A DNA stretch of 63,996 nucleotides, filler included, from Basidioascus undulatus (lineage: Eukaryota): the NCBI GenBank assembly GCA_000826855.1. It is 6 parts of 6 records of this genome, joined end to end, with 100 filler letters (N's around TTAATTAATTAA, not from the genome) between each part and the next. Parts side by side here need not be neighbours in the genome. Positions count along the whole stretch, not along the records: positions 1 to 7,322 come from JTLS01001576.1; positions 7,423 to 14,742 come from JTLS01001577.1; 4 more parts are not named here. One strand, 5' to 3'. The number at the start of each line of letters is the position of its first letter. Positions within the stretch are counted from its first letter, which is position 1. A program made the translations under genes and the position numbers. Below, piece after piece: positions 1 through 13,318 of this stretch. A model generated the notes under the pieces. That model saw nothing but the letters and a program-made list of their open reading frames with translations, was not told where the DNA came from and ran no database searches.

Positions 1-2722
1 CCCGCCCGGGCCCCCTCCTACCCCGCCAGCGCAGCCGTCTTCCCCCGGCCCCTCCAACCCCGCCCAGCCCACATCCTACGACCTTTACTTCCAGACGGCC
101 GTGCTCGAGCTCATCCGGCTTGTCAAGATTGCGCTCTCCCTGTTTGGGATGTACGATGCGGCCACAGTCGAGGGCGCTGCGCGCCCGGACGGCCTGCTGT
201 GCCAGTACACAGTCGACGCCATCCGGAGGTGGGTCGCCACGGTGGGGGAGCCGAAGTTGGGGATCGAGGTAGGCTTTTTTGGGGTTGCGGATGTGGGGGG
301 GATTGGCGCTGATTGGAGGTGAGAGGAACAGCTCGCGAGCGGACTGCTGGAAGTCGCCATCGTCGCTGGGCTGCTCAGCATGATCGCTACGGTGAAGTAC
401 AAGCTAGGCTTGCTAGACGAGAAGGTGCTTCGCTATCCCCGCTTCCACCATGTAATCCACTCACTCCACAGCCCACAGGTACCCGCCGATCCCTTCGTCG
501 ACACCGAGTCCTTCCGCCTCGCGCTGCTCGAATTCCAGCGGGACCTGCGGACCGGTCCGTCCGCGCCGCCGGCCCCAACGACGTACCTGACCCCCACGCT
601 CCTCTCGCAAGTGCACCATGCGCACGCGCGCCTCGGCGGGCGCTCGGACAGGTACAATGTCCGGCGCGGGCTGCACCGGCACATGCCGTCCACGCTCGGC
701 GGGGGCGCGTCCTCCGCGTCCGCGCTTGCAGCTGCGAACGCGACGATCCGCGTGGACGACTTTGTTGCGCAGTGCCGCGCGGGCGGGGGGGCGTTCGCGG
801 GGATTGATAGTCTGCGATATTTGTGGGATGAGGGCGGGTGGGACCGCCGGTTAAGGCATCGTGAGAAGGCGAGGAAGAGGGGAGAGAGGGAGGACGCTGC
901 GCCGCTGGGGAGTGGGAGCGTCGAGGAGGACAGGGACGGGGGCGGACCGGGCCTGGAGAGGTTTGTGAAGAGCGTGGGGGAGAAGACGAGGGAGCGGGGC
1001 CAGGCGATCGTGGAGGGCGTTACGGGGTGAGTGGGCGCGGTGGAAGAAACAGAGAGGAGAGCTTGCGCTGAATGGAGAGGGCGAGGGGCAGTCTGATCGA
1101 CCGCGGCTCGAGAGCGGGCAACAAGTTGGACTGGACTGCGGGACCCTTTGCGCCGCGGGAGAGCAACGAGCGCCGGAGCGGGACGGGCACGTCCCAGGGC
1201 TCAAAGGACGGTCCGCCGCTGCTTTTGTGAGTCATTCCTTTTCGAGGTATATGTACTAGAGAGAGGAGCAGTGAGGCTCATTTCGCCGCTGCTGTGGGTC
1301 CGAACAGCGTCAGTAGCACTCGGGACAGCCAGGACCCGCGCGCGTTTGGTTCGTCCGATATCGAGTCCGAAGGTAAGCTCTTTTCATGTCGCCTTCCGTA
1401 CATCAATAACCGACAAGCTGACACGTTCCACGTGTGGACGCAGGCCCCCTCGACGGCCCCTTCTCCGTCCCGCTCTCGCCCTCCTCCTCCGTCTCAAACC
1501 TCTCCCAAGGCGACCCCCCCACCGCCGCGCACCGCCTCCCCTCCTCCGCGTCCTTCCGCGCCGCCCTGCACGCCGGCGTCCGCCTCGACAAGCTCTTCGA
1601 CAGCCTCGCGCGCCCGTCCCCGCACGCGCCGCTCAGCGCCCAGCCGAACAGGGTCTTCTTCACCGCGCCCGTGCTGAGACGGAGCAACAGCCTCGTCGCG
1701 GGGAAGGGGGACGTGCGCCTCGGGGTGCGCGATGTCGGCGTTGAGCGCGACGCGCAGGGACGGGCGACGAGGCCGGTCATTGTCGTGAAGGTCACCAGGC
1801 CCAGTCCGGCGACGAGCATGAGCCCGCTGCCGGATGCTGGGGATGCGCAGGAGGGGGAGGAGGGGGAGCCGGCGCTGAGAGAGAGGAGGTGCGTCTGTTG
1901 TGGGGTGGTCGCGGTGGAGCGCTTCGGACGCTGATGCGCAGATACGCAGATACTCGTTCTCCGACGCGGCGACTACTCAGCGTAACCCGCACTTGAGCGC
2001 GTGAGTCGCTCACTCTTCATGCGAAATGACACCGTCTGACTCACACCCGGGTATGGACAGGAAACGCATGAAGACAGATCTCGACTTGTACGAGGGTCTT
2101 TGGAAGCTGCGGGAGCGCGAACGGGACCTCGCGCGATATTCCATGCTGCTGGAGGTGCGTCGTTTGGCTGATCATCCATCGCCTCGAGTTATGATCGCGC
2201 AACTGACTGCCGTTTCTGACTCTGGCTTTCCAGGAACTCAACAACGCCCAAGGCGAAGCGATCGCGTCCCTTCGGACCGAGCTGGCCAAGCGGCAAGCCA
2301 AGTTGTCCGCCCTCCGCGCGCGCGGCGAGGCGCTCACGACGCAAGCGAACGACCTGCTGAGCACGACGGTCCCCGCGCTTGCGACGTCGAACGAGCGGTT
2401 GTCGTTCAAGCTCGACGACCTGCCCAACACGCTCGACTCGTTCACCCACTTCTTCTACACCGTCCTCGAGAAGGCGCGGTACGTCGGCCTCGCCCTCCCG
2501 AGCGTCGAGCAATGCGCGGGCGGCGCGTGGCCCAAGGACCAGCAGCTGGGCGAGGGCGACGAGGTCGGGGTGGGGCAGACGGGGAAGGTCGGCCCGCCTC
2601 GGGGCGAGCAGGCGGACAACTTTGTGAGGCGCTTGGAGGACTGGAAGGACGCTGGGAGGAGCTGGGGCGCTAGGTGGGGGCTTGTCAAGCCTGAGGGGGA
2701 GGGCCGGGCGGGAGGATCATGA
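1..2722 (+). CDS. STB2/STB6-like (Sin3-binding) protein, multi-exon, 5' truncated
   Basis: LELIRLVKIALSLFGMY...DGLLCQYTVDAIRRWVATVGE resembles the STB6 N-terminal 'DGLLC..T..AI..W' motif. GT-AG introns are present, and a C-terminal coiled-coil exon ends at TGA 2720-2722. Confidence 0.7.
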
Positions 2723-2985
2723 TGAGTCTTTGCATTTCAGGCACGACTGCTGTTGGCGAGTGACGCCGGAAGACGTCCAATTGTCGTGCGCAAGATCTCT
2801 TGCGGCCTTGCTCTGCTAGTATTGAATGGCGTAAGATGGCACACAGGCTCGCAGCACCTGGACTACTGGATATTGGGTATCAAAACACTGCATTGTTGCG
2901 TGCATTCGCCGCCCAGAACAAACTATCATTCATAGCCACTGCCCCCCCCCACCCCCCCAAAACGGATGTGCGCTGATCGTCAACC

Positions 2986-5900
2986 CTAACCATTGGTAAT
3001 CTGCCTCGCGCTCCCCTCCAGCATCGCCTTCTGCGCGGTCCGCGCCGCCTTGGCCAGTTCGGCGTCGTCCGACTTGACGCACTCCTCCAGCGAGTCGCGC
3101 GTCTCGCTCAAGACTGGGCCACCCCACGACCGCCGCTGTGAGTCTCACCTGCGGAGATGCAGAAAGGGGGAGAGGAAGGACGGAGAACGCACGAGAAAGG
3201 AGGGACAGCCCCGCCTGCCTGTCGCCGTCCGCGCCCTTGGACACGGCCGCAGAGAGGAGGATGCACGCGTTCGTCTTGAGCTTGGAGGACATCTGCGAAG
3301 CGGGCGAGGAGAGGATCCAGGTGAGAGTCGAGAGCGGGGAGGCGCTCGCGGTCGTGCTAGTTGGGGAGGTCGGAGAGATCGGGGAGGTGGGCGCGACGTC
3401 CATGCTTGGGGCGGAGGCGGAGGCGGAGGCGGGCGGGGGACAGAGGGCAGCGAGGACGAGCTTGGCTGTGGGTGGGTGGACCGAATGTGAGAGAGGTAGA
3501 GAGGGAAGAAGGGAGATTGTAAGGGGATGTACCACCCGCGGGTTCGGATCCCATGAGCGTCAACCCCAGAATGCCCTCGTTCAACACTGCGTGCCCCACG
3601 CCCTCATCAGCTCTCCGTACCCTCTTGCTTCATATCCACTTCTCCCCAAGGAGGGTCTCACAGATTGGGTACTTCCTACTAGCCCTGATCAGCTCCGCGA
3701 GTGCCCTCGCGACCTCTTCCCTAACCATCTTCACACGCGCGCGGTCGACGCGCTCAGGCTCTACGTCCGTGCACGCGCTCGTGCTGGACCAGAACGCCTT
3801 GACGGCGTTGACGAGGACGCGCGCGCCCTCGGAGCGGACGGGGACGTCGTCCGTGCGTGCGATGAGCGCGAGGAGCGCGTCGAGCGGGGTCGCGTCGAAG
3901 GGCGCGTGCGGCGCGGCGAGCGGCGCGGGGGGCACGCCGACGAGGCGGAGGGAGTTGGGGACTGTGAGGAGAGGGGGTCAGAGAGCGAAGAGAGAGGTGT
4001 GAGGGATAGAGGGGGAAGGAGGGCTGACGCACGGATCCCCGCGCAGAGATGCTTGTACAGCCCGACCGTGGCAAACTGCAGCGGCTGGACGGGCGCGTAC
4101 TTGCTGTCCAAGAACCGCGCGGCAGCGTCGATCACGCCCGCGTCGCCGAGCGGCGACTTATTCGTAGCCGGAAGGGCGAGGTTCTTGAGGAGCGCGACGA
4201 CTGGTCCGTTCGATTAGGGTCAGCAAGAGCGAAAGGGACAGGACGGACAAGAGGGAGATGACGACGACGTACCGCCGTGTGCGACTTTGGGATCGATCTT
4301 CGAGAAGCGAAGAAGAGGCATCAAGCGCGGGATGATGTCGTACTGCTGCACGAGGGCGACGCAATTCTCGTCTGCCACGGTGTCATTCCGTCAGCCTCCA
4401 CGCACCCACACGTCCACCGCCTCGCTGGCCAGGTAACGCACCTTTCCGCGCCAGGTTCCCGAGCGCCAGCGCTGTTCCCAGCCAGACTATCAGTTGAGCC
4501 CACAAGAGAGATCGAGAAGGCGGGAAGGAGTACGCACTGGAGCAAACGACCAGCGACTGCGTCGTCTTGTTATCGACGCCCTTGCCCGTCTTCACCCTTT
4601 TGCGCTCCTCCTTCTCCCTCTTCTTCTCCTCCTTGCTCTCCTTTCCCATCTCCTCCTTCTCCCGCTCCTTCTCCCTCTCCTTCTCATCCCGTCCCCGCCG
4701 CTCCTCCCGGCTCTTCTCCTTCTCCCGCTCGCGCTCGCGCGTTTTCGTCTCCCCGCCGCTCAGCCAGCGCATCATCTCCGCTACGAACCAGTTGCGGTCG
4801 GCATCCTTGGCGGAGGAGGAGATGGTTGTGGAAGAGGCGGTGGTGGTCGTGGAGTTCAGGGTGGTCGTGGAGGAGGCTTCGGAGGGCTTGTCGGAGGAGT
4901 CGCGCTGAGGTGCGGGGGAAGGCTGGAAGAGGACGTCCATGTTCTTGTCCTCGCCTGGTCGACCGAGCATTCGGGCATCAGCTTGTGCGGGTGCTGGAGG
5001 GAGGCAAAGAAGCACGTACCGGCCACGGCGATGACGCTCTTGACGACGGCGGCCTTGCACATCCCCCAGAGCTTGTCCCTCCCCTCCCGCTCCTTCTCCT
5101 GCTCCTTCTCCGCTTCCCCGTCCCCCTCGCCCTCCCTATCCTTCTCTTTTGCCCCGTCCTCCTCCTCCTCCTCCTCCTCCACCGCATACTCCCGCGGCAG
5201 CCCCCCGCACTCGACGAAGCCCAGCAGCGCCCTGAGCGCCTCTGGCGCAGCGAGCGCCGTGCGCGCGCGCTCGACGTCGAGCGCGAGCGTCTCGAGCAGC
5301 GTGCACGCTGATTCGAGCGAGGAGAGCTCCTCGTCTAGGAGGTCGGCGAGCGTGTCGGGCTCGAGCAAGATGGGGGGCGGGGGAGAGTGCGAGTGCGAGT
5401 GCAAGTGGTGATGGTGGTGGAAGGGGTTGTGCAGGTGCAGATGGTGATGGGAGTGGTCGTGGGAGGAGGAAGAGGGAGGAGGAGTGGAAGCGGCGTCGCG
5501 GAAGGCTGTTATCCACGAGAGGAGCGCGTCGAGGTCTTCCTTCGACGCGTCCGTCAGGGCGTTCTCTGATATCCACCCGCCAAGTCAATTTCAGAACATA
5601 CGCGCGAGAGGGTTGGAGCAGACGCACCAGTCCCCAACAGCCCATCCAAGATCCTCCACCCCCAGCTGACGATCCCGCTGCCCAGCATGAGCTCATTCAA
5701 GTCTTCCTCGCGCCCGAGCGCGGCGCGCTTGGCAGCGCTGTAGACTGCGCCGGGGCCCGCGCAGTCTAGCACGCGCAGGATCGTCGAGACTGCGTGGGCG
5801 TCGATGAGGTGGCTTTGGATCGGCTCTGCGTGCGCGGGGAGAAGGCCGTCAGTGGGGAAGGGAGAGAGGAAAGGAGGGTGGAGGGGGGCGACGCACCATA

Positions 5901-6458
5901 GTCTTGCGTGAGGTTGATTAGCGACCCGAAAGCGGTGCGGAGGACTTTGAGGGACGAGGTGGGGAGGGGCTGGGTGCGCGGGGGGCGGGAGATGGAGGAC
6001 ACGAGGTCGAGGATGAGGGTCGGGGCGGAGGCGTTCAGGAGGAGGGCGCGGTTGTCGTCTGTCCGCCAAGTATCCCGATGCGTTCAGAATGAAATGGGGA
6101 AGAGACGAGGGATAGAAAAGTGACGGACTGTGATCCAAACACAAGTTGGCTACGACCCGCAGCAGCTCCACGAGCGCGTCCTCCGCCTCTGGCCTGCCCA
6201 GCGCACTCGCAAAGCTCCGGAGGAGGGAGACGAGCGCCTCGGTGAACACCGCAGTTCCGAACTCAGTGCGCCAGGGTGCTGTTTATCGAGGGTGCGAGTC
6301 AGCTCCGAACGCATTGAATGGGACAGCGACATGGACACACCACTGCGCAGTCCGTCTGCAAGCGCTTTGGCGGTCTGCACGACGGCGGAAGAGGAGGCTG
6401 TGGGCGAGGGCTGCTGGGCCAGGGAGCGCAGCTGGCATTCCAGCTGTGATGAGGACAT
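2986..6458 (-). CDS. Armadillo-repeat protein, SmgGDS/RAP1GDS1 (Bem4-like) family, multi-exon
   Basis: ATG at 6458 (MSSSQLECQL). ARM-like exons ELLRVVANLCLDH, ALGNLARK, PLQFATVGLYKHL, VRSEGARVLVNAVK, LKTNACILL. The last exon ends ...AMLEGSARQITNG* at 2986. Confidence 0.7.
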
Positions 6459-7038
6459 GTTATAGCGCCCTCGTCGTTGGCGATGGCCTGCGTAGCGTGC
6501 TTGATAGCGAGGACGCGATGGGGGGCGGACCGCCTCCACTTCGGGCCGGCGAGCTGCCTTTCGGAGATTGAGGTTACCCTTTGCTCCTTCGGCCCATAGC
6601 GAGCTCAACGCGTGCATCGCGTGTTGCCTTTCATCCACGACCATATAAACTGGCCGCGACCAAGCGATTGCACGACTGACAACTGTACCTCGATCGGATA
6701 TCGAATATCGAATCTGACCCAGGATTGACAAGATATGCGACATGCCCTGTCGCCGCCCCTGCCCCAGCTGACCCTCAGTCTCAGTCCCAGTCTCACTGCC
6801 CCTCGTTCCTTCCTTTGCCCTCGCCCACCAAACAACCCCTCCCTCGATCGCGTGCATGCCGTTTGACCAACCCACCCCGCGCCGCGCACCATGACATGCC
6901 TCGACCGCGCTCCCCATCTCTTCCTCTTTCCCCATACGCTCACTCACACTCGCACGCACGCGCGCAAGCTCACCCCCCACGCTCACTGACCATCTCCGAT
7001 CTCGCTCTCGCTCTCCATAACCGCTTTCGCTCGACGAG

Positions 7039-7322
7039 ATGCACCTCGTCCATCGCCAGCAACCGCCCCAGCCGCCTCAGCCACCAGCAATACCGACGCC
7101 GCCGGGCGCCCAGCAGCAGCAGACGCCGCCCGGTCCTGGGGCAGGCGTCGTCGGCGCCGGCGCCGACGCCGCGGTCGCGTCCGCATCGAACGTGCCAGCC
7201 CAGGGAGCTCCGACGGGCTCCCAGGCCCCCGCGGCAAACTCACAGCCGTCGGCCAGCGCCGCCCGTGCGCAGGCGACCCCGCAGCAGCCCCAGCCACCGC
7301 AACAACCAGTCCTCGCTACGTC
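7039..7322 (+). CDS. N-terminal Q/P/A-rich fragment of an unknown protein, truncated by contig end
   Basis: ATG 7039 follows a CT-rich 5' region, and the frame MHLVHRQQPPQPP... stays open to the gap. Confidence 0.4.
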
Positions 7323-7422
7323 NNNNNNNNNNNNNNNNNNNNNNNNNNNNNNNNNNNNNNNNNNNNTTAATTAATTAANNNNNNNNNNNNNNNNNNNNNN
7401 NNNNNNNNNNNNNNNNNNNNNN
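7323..7422. other. Artificial contig linker (N44-TTAATTAATTAA-N44)
   Basis: Identical 100-nt spacer with stops in all six frames, repeated five times in the window. Confidence 0.98.
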
Positions 7423-7484
7423 CCTATCGCTTCGGAACACCAGCCCACCCCCCCAATGTCATGGCCGAGTGTCGGCAGACTATG

Positions 7485-10400
7485 TAGCCTCGTGCGCCGG
7501 TACTTCTCGTAGGGCAGCGCTGGCTGCTTTGGCGTCCACCTCTTCCTCTTCAGCTTCGCGAACCTCCTTCGTGGGATCGGTCTAGGCCGGCTATGGTATG
7601 AAATGGTTTATGTACTGTCTCTGGGGGGCATGATTGTAGGCGTCGCCTTGGCCATTACAGGTTTCATCAAGGTCTTAGATAAAAGTACATCGTCCTCTGC
7701 GGCTTGTGGTTCTGCTTTGGGGTGGGGGCGCGGGGACAAGGGGACAAGGGTAGTATGCCTACTGTCTGTGAGGACTGTTGTGCAGGTATCATGCTTGGGA
7801 CAACCTCGAAGAGTGGTTCGAGAGGGGAGCAGGACCTCTCAACGGTACGGGATGAGGTTTAGCTTATGCGGAAGTATCGCTTTAATGATACTCTAACTGA
7901 AAGTAGGGCTTTTACCAGAATCTGGGGAGCTTCGCCCACCTACAGTTCAGATCCTGAACGAAGAGGCGGCAAGCTTGGAGTGGTGGGCACCGTGGTCCTG
8001 ACACTCAACTTCCACCGCCCACCACCAGCGGTGCTCCGATAAATGACCGCGTGCAATGCGCGCATACGATAATGGGGTATGCTGCTCTGTGAGGCATTGG
8101 TCTTCGGGGTCCAGCTTCACCCAATGTCCTCTTTCGAAGCAAAGCTGACAGAAGTTGATTGAATGTTCCAAGGCCTCGCAGGACAGCAGCAAGCGGGAAA
8201 TGTGATCAGAACATTACTCGACGTCTGTCTTCTTGAAGAATTTGACAAGGACAGCCCGGTGCATAGCATGGTACAAATTGCTGGCTCATCGTTACTTTCT
8301 CCCGAGACAAGACCCTTTGCGTGTAGCGTGAAGGCGGTAGTACCGCACTTATTTGCTTCCTTTTGTATCCTCGGCTCAAGACCGTTTCGAATCGACATCC
8401 AATTTTCACATGCACACCACCTCCCCACCATGGCCTTGCCCAGAGATACCGCGTCGCCTTCTCTTGTGCGCCGCCCGTACTTCTGGGACGGCAGCGCATG
8501 CACTTTGGGCATCGTCCTTTCCATCCTCGGCTTTATTCCCTGGCTGCCCTATCTCGTTTGGGGTACTCTCATAGGATAACTATCCGGTCCAGCCACATAT
8601 GGGCTGGCTTCATCGGGCGGAGATGCAGGCGGCTTCTTCCTCAGCTTCGGCATCAATGGTTCTCAAACGTGCGTCCTCACCTCTGCCGCTGGACTTCAGG
8701 TGTTGGGGAGCGTCGAACGAATGAATTTCTGAGGGCCATGGGGCAGGCTCTGCATTGAGGAGAACCTTGAAGTGTCGGCCGGGAAGCCAGCCAGCCGCCC
8801 CAATGACACAGAATGAGGCCGAGCTTGTACGTGTGTTTCCATTTGATAGTTCTACGGTACTGAAACCCGGCGATGTTCAGCTTCGGCAAGAGCCTAAGGA
8901 GCTTCGTCCATGCACGGCGTAAATCTTGAGCGAGGAAACCACAGAGCGCAGATACGTGGTTGTGGTCCTAGCGCTCGACCCGAGGCGTCCACCGCCAGCA
9001 GCGCTTCGATAGACTTATGTTTCTTAGGTTGCTAGCAACATTTGCAAGCCTAGATTATATTGTCTACCCTTAATCGGTGTATTGCTCGGACGCGTTGTTC
9101 TCCTTTGCTTGCCCTGCAGCCGGCACTGCGGGAGAAGTTGCAAAAATCGCATGATGTGTGGATGGGTTAACATACAAAGTTGACAGTTTGGAGGCCCTTG
9201 TATTTCCGCCTTTCCTTGTGGAGTGCGCTGTTGCATTTCGGATCCAGAATGCTTGGTTTTCGGGGCGCCCATGCCAGTCCCCATAGCCTTGATCCATGCT
9301 GTTCAGTCTTAACCGGGGGAGGGGGGATCATACTATGTGAATATATTTAGTTGTCTATCTCGGCCAACTGTATGAATGTCACCAGTGATTCTATTAGAAA
9401 GACACAGTTGTTGCTCAGGTCAAGGTGCTCCTGGACATTGAGGGGAGACGAGCCGAACATGGAGGAAACGATTCTGAGTGGGAACTTCCCAACTTTCATG
9501 CCTTCTGCCTTGCAAGACTGTGCCCTTGGTGTTCTCCAGCATGAAGACGATCCAGCCTGCCCTGCAAGCGCTGACTGGCTGCACTGGGATACTGGGGTGC
9601 AGTCGTTCCTCCTTCCCGGACTGCTGCCAACAATGCACTCCCGCTGCTGCCTGATGTCCGATGGCGCTGGGCTCACGAGGGTAATCGCTCAGTGCCCGCT
9701 GAACGGTCCAACCAGAGCCCTGAAAGGGGCCTGCATTAGACCCCTTCTTCCACAACCAAACTAATTAGACGAGGCTCGACTCTACCATGACTGAACACAG
9801 AGTCAACAAGTCACTCACTTTGTGGCCAGAAGATGCAGAGGGCTTCGAAGGCGGCTGGGTCTGCTGTGCAGCGAAAGAACAAAGTCAGGAAGCGTCACTT
9901 ACTCCTATGCCTTTAGAGCAACAGGATAAACTTACCGGACCAAACTCGGCACTCCGGAGCTGCTTGAAGTCCTCCTTGGCCGCTCGCAGAGCAATAGCTG
10001 CAGCGGTGCGCGGCTCGACCTCAATATCGGTGCGGAAAGCCCGCTGGAATATCTCCTCAAGATCCCTCCATTTCCGTCCATTGATCGAGCCCCAGCCCTT
10101 CGACTGGATGTCCTCTTGCCATCCGGCAGCCTCTAGCACCAAGTCGGCGTTGTCGAGGAGCAGCTCAAACTCGGCTTCGGTCCAGCGCGGTTGAGGGCGC
10201 TTCTGCAACATGAGCATATATGAATCACTCACTGCACATCCCGGCAAGGCCTGTCTACATGATCAGGATCAGGACGCAGCTTGGCCGCTCCTTTTTGGTA
10301 CAGGCGGACAACGACGCGTTCTTGCAAATGGCCTGGGTGCCCACCAAACAGTCACTGCTCAGACCACCCTTTTAAAGGTGAGAACATACATTTTTCGCCG

Positions 10401-10930
10401 TGTTGGGCTTGCGGTGTGGCGTCGGCTCGACGTACTCGTCGTCCTCGCCATCCGATCCAATCTCCACGAAGTCCACAAGAATGGGACGTTTCGCACGACG
10501 CCCTCCGTCTGTGGGTACCGGAGGCTGCTGGTCCTTCACGCATGCCTGTTTTCCCCAGCCGGAACCGCCGGAGCGCGCCGGCCATGTTGCGTTTGCGGCG
10601 GAGCTTCACGCTGCTGCTGGTGCTGCTCTGGAGGTTTCATGCGCTGCTGCTGCGGCTGTAGTCCTCCCGGTCGCTGCTGAGGCTGAGGTCCGCCAGATTG
10701 CTCCCGCTGCTGCTGCTGCTGGTAGTCCTTCGTGCAGATCCAAAGAAGACCGAGCTCACTTTTGGGAAGACGTTGTAGTGCTGAGCCTGGAAATGCGGCG
10801 AAGGTTGTCAGGCAGTCCAGCGCGATGCCTTCCTTTCGACCATCACCGCAAGAGATTTGTACCCGCCTGACCGAGGGCTGCCCTGCAGTTCGATGACCCA
10901 TGATGATCTCGATCGACGTGTGCTGAAGGT
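7485..10930 (-). pseudogene. Degenerate multi-exon gene(s) with a Myb/SANT-like exon and Cys/His-rich exons, possibly TE-associated
   Basis: Exon-like PRWTEAEFELLLD...KWRDLEEIFQRAF...RTAAAIALR (~9940-10200), plus CYAPGCPC and FCQLCFERGH segments (~8100-8280). Internal stops and frameshifts, and patchy CpG depletion. Confidence 0.35.
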
Positions 10931-12529
10931 GAGGAAGCCTAGGGAGGGAAGATGCTGAGCAGATATGTGAAGAGCACGCGGAAATACTTTCAAAAAGCTA
11001 AACGAAACTTGTAAGAACCTAGTTCGGCTGGTCCAGATTGGACAACGGAATGTGTTGCATCTGCGTAAGTTGCGAACGAGCAGCTGAACGAGCGCGTCGC
11101 CAGCGCGCCCGACCCAGTCACGGAGCTAAGTATCTTTGGACCAAGCAAGAACGCTAGCAATGTAATTTGTGGAAGTAGAGGAACTCCACCTAGTGAAGAG
11201 GGTGATAGGCTAGCACGACACAACGGCCCATGCCAGTGCGCCACAGCTGCAGGCTGGAGATGCAATTCCGTATCCCCTTCTTTGGGGCCGAATACTTCGA
11301 AGATATCCTTAGAGCATGAATCTGGATGTGGGTAAACATTAGGAACAGGACAGGGCTGGCATATTCTTTGCGACTGCCCCTCTTGGATTTTCCGAGGTCC
11401 GCGCCGAGCTCCTTTACTTTCGGGAAGTCTACCTTTATAAATACCAGGATTCCTCAGGAATGTCTGCCTACTTCCAGGGAGCTCCAGGAGTGGTAGTTAG
11501 AATGCTCAGCAGGGCGAGAAAGAACGCGCATCGCAAGGTGGAAGGTATCGTCCGATGGGAACTGCCCGCTTGGTTTCAGAACTCGCTGTCATTCAATCGA
11601 TGTTTTGACTTTACATTTGGCTGTGATTGCAGCTCATTTCCAGGCGTTGCTTCAGTGTGAAGTGCGCTGGACCTGCCGCGTGCAGCATAGCTCCTGTTCA
11701 GAGCTGCTGCCATAGAGAGCACGGCTGGGCCGGAAAGCATGCTTCTAATTGACTAAGAAGACCATACTTGATATTATTGTGTGATATTATAATGAAGGAT
11801 AGCGGGGAGAGTGGAAATGAAGAGGTGACGGACATTTAATACACGGCGCATCGGCGCATCGGCAGGAGAGCCGGCCCTGAATGACCGGGCACGCGCCTTC
11901 ACTGAGAATTCGACCCGAGCTTAAAGCCGACGGGGGAAGGCCGATGGGTGAAGGGCAAATCCTCTGTTTGGGAAGACGCCGTTTAGGACGCCCCTCTTCG
12001 TCGTCGTCGTCAAGAAAATGGTTAGTATATTTCGCATCCACACCGACGTACACGGCACCATACACGGCGCTTTCGTGGCGTAATTTCGATCCCGCGACTC
12101 CCCGGGATGCCCGCTCTTCGACCATCTTTTTCGGCCACACGACGACCCAGTCTGCCTCGACCTTCGCTGCATCCACAGCCACACTCTCGCACCCGACCGG
12201 GTGCTGTCGCTCTTGGGGCGGAGGACGCTGGATTTCGAAGATGGGAGGGCGGGTATGCGGCGGGGAAGGGCAGAGGAGGCGAGGGCAGATTCTGCCCAGC
12301 AGTCTTCGCCCCGCATCAACCGACCTGCACCACACCCTCACCGTATGGCTCGGGGGATGGCGTGAGGGTTCGCTGGGTGGACGTGGCGAATTAGGTGGAC
12401 TAGGGTGGAGCGTGGCAGCTGTTTCGTACCCGCCGCTCATCCCGCCCCCAGCACCCGCCGCACACAAACCCCCACCGTCCCAGAACAGCCGAAGCTGACC
12501 ACCCCCTCCTTTTCTTGCCCCCAATCCAG

Positions 12530-13318
12530 GTCCGCTACGCCCACAACGACGAGAACGTGCGCCGTCTTCCTCCTCTTGCCCCAGCCCCGCGAGTCCTGAC
12601 GCCCGGCCCCCTTGCTTTTTGTAGCCCGAGAAGACGGCCAAGTCCCGGGGCGCGTACCTCCGTGTTCACTTCAAGAACACGCGTGAGGTCGCCGCCGCTC
12701 TGACGGGCCTCAAGCTCACCAAGGCGTACAAGTACCTTGGCGACGTCCAGGAGCGCCAGGACGTCATTCCCTTCCGCCGTTTCAACGGCGGTGTCGGTCG
12801 CGCTTCCCAGGCGAAGAAGCACGGCACCACCCAGGGTGAGTTGTGGGATCTTTTGCAGGCAGGACGGTGGGCTGGTGGGCGGACGGTTGCTCGGGGCTTA
12901 AGATGGGAGTAGGCTATAATGAGGGCGGGGATGTCTGGCTGTTGGGATCCTGTCCAATTCGGTCGTCCACTGACGCTCCCCTCGCCTTCCCGCAGGTCGC
13001 TGGCCGGTCAAGTCGGTCGCGTTTGTCCTCCGTCTCCTCAAGAACGCGGAGGCCAACGCGGACGGCAAGGGCCTTGACGTCGAGGACCTGTACATCAAGT
13101 CGATCGTCGTCCAGCAGGCGCCCAAGACGCGCCGCCGCACCTACCGCGCCCACGGTCGCATCAACCCGTACCAGGGCCACCCCTCGCACATCGAGATCGT
13201 CCTCGCCGTCCCCGAGGCCGAGGTCGCGCGCAACAAGGACGCCGAGGAGTCGCGTAAGAAGATCGAGGGCAACAAGCGCCAGGTCGCTGCGACCCGCCGT
13301 CGCATCGCCGCCGCTTAA
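12530..13318 (+). CDS. RPL17: 60S ribosomal protein L17 (uL22); the start-codon exon lies upstream and is unresolved
   Basis: Spliced [30 protein letters not shown]...[11 protein letters not shown]...GRWPVKS...[13 protein letters not shown], with TAA at 13316-13318. Confidence 0.96.
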
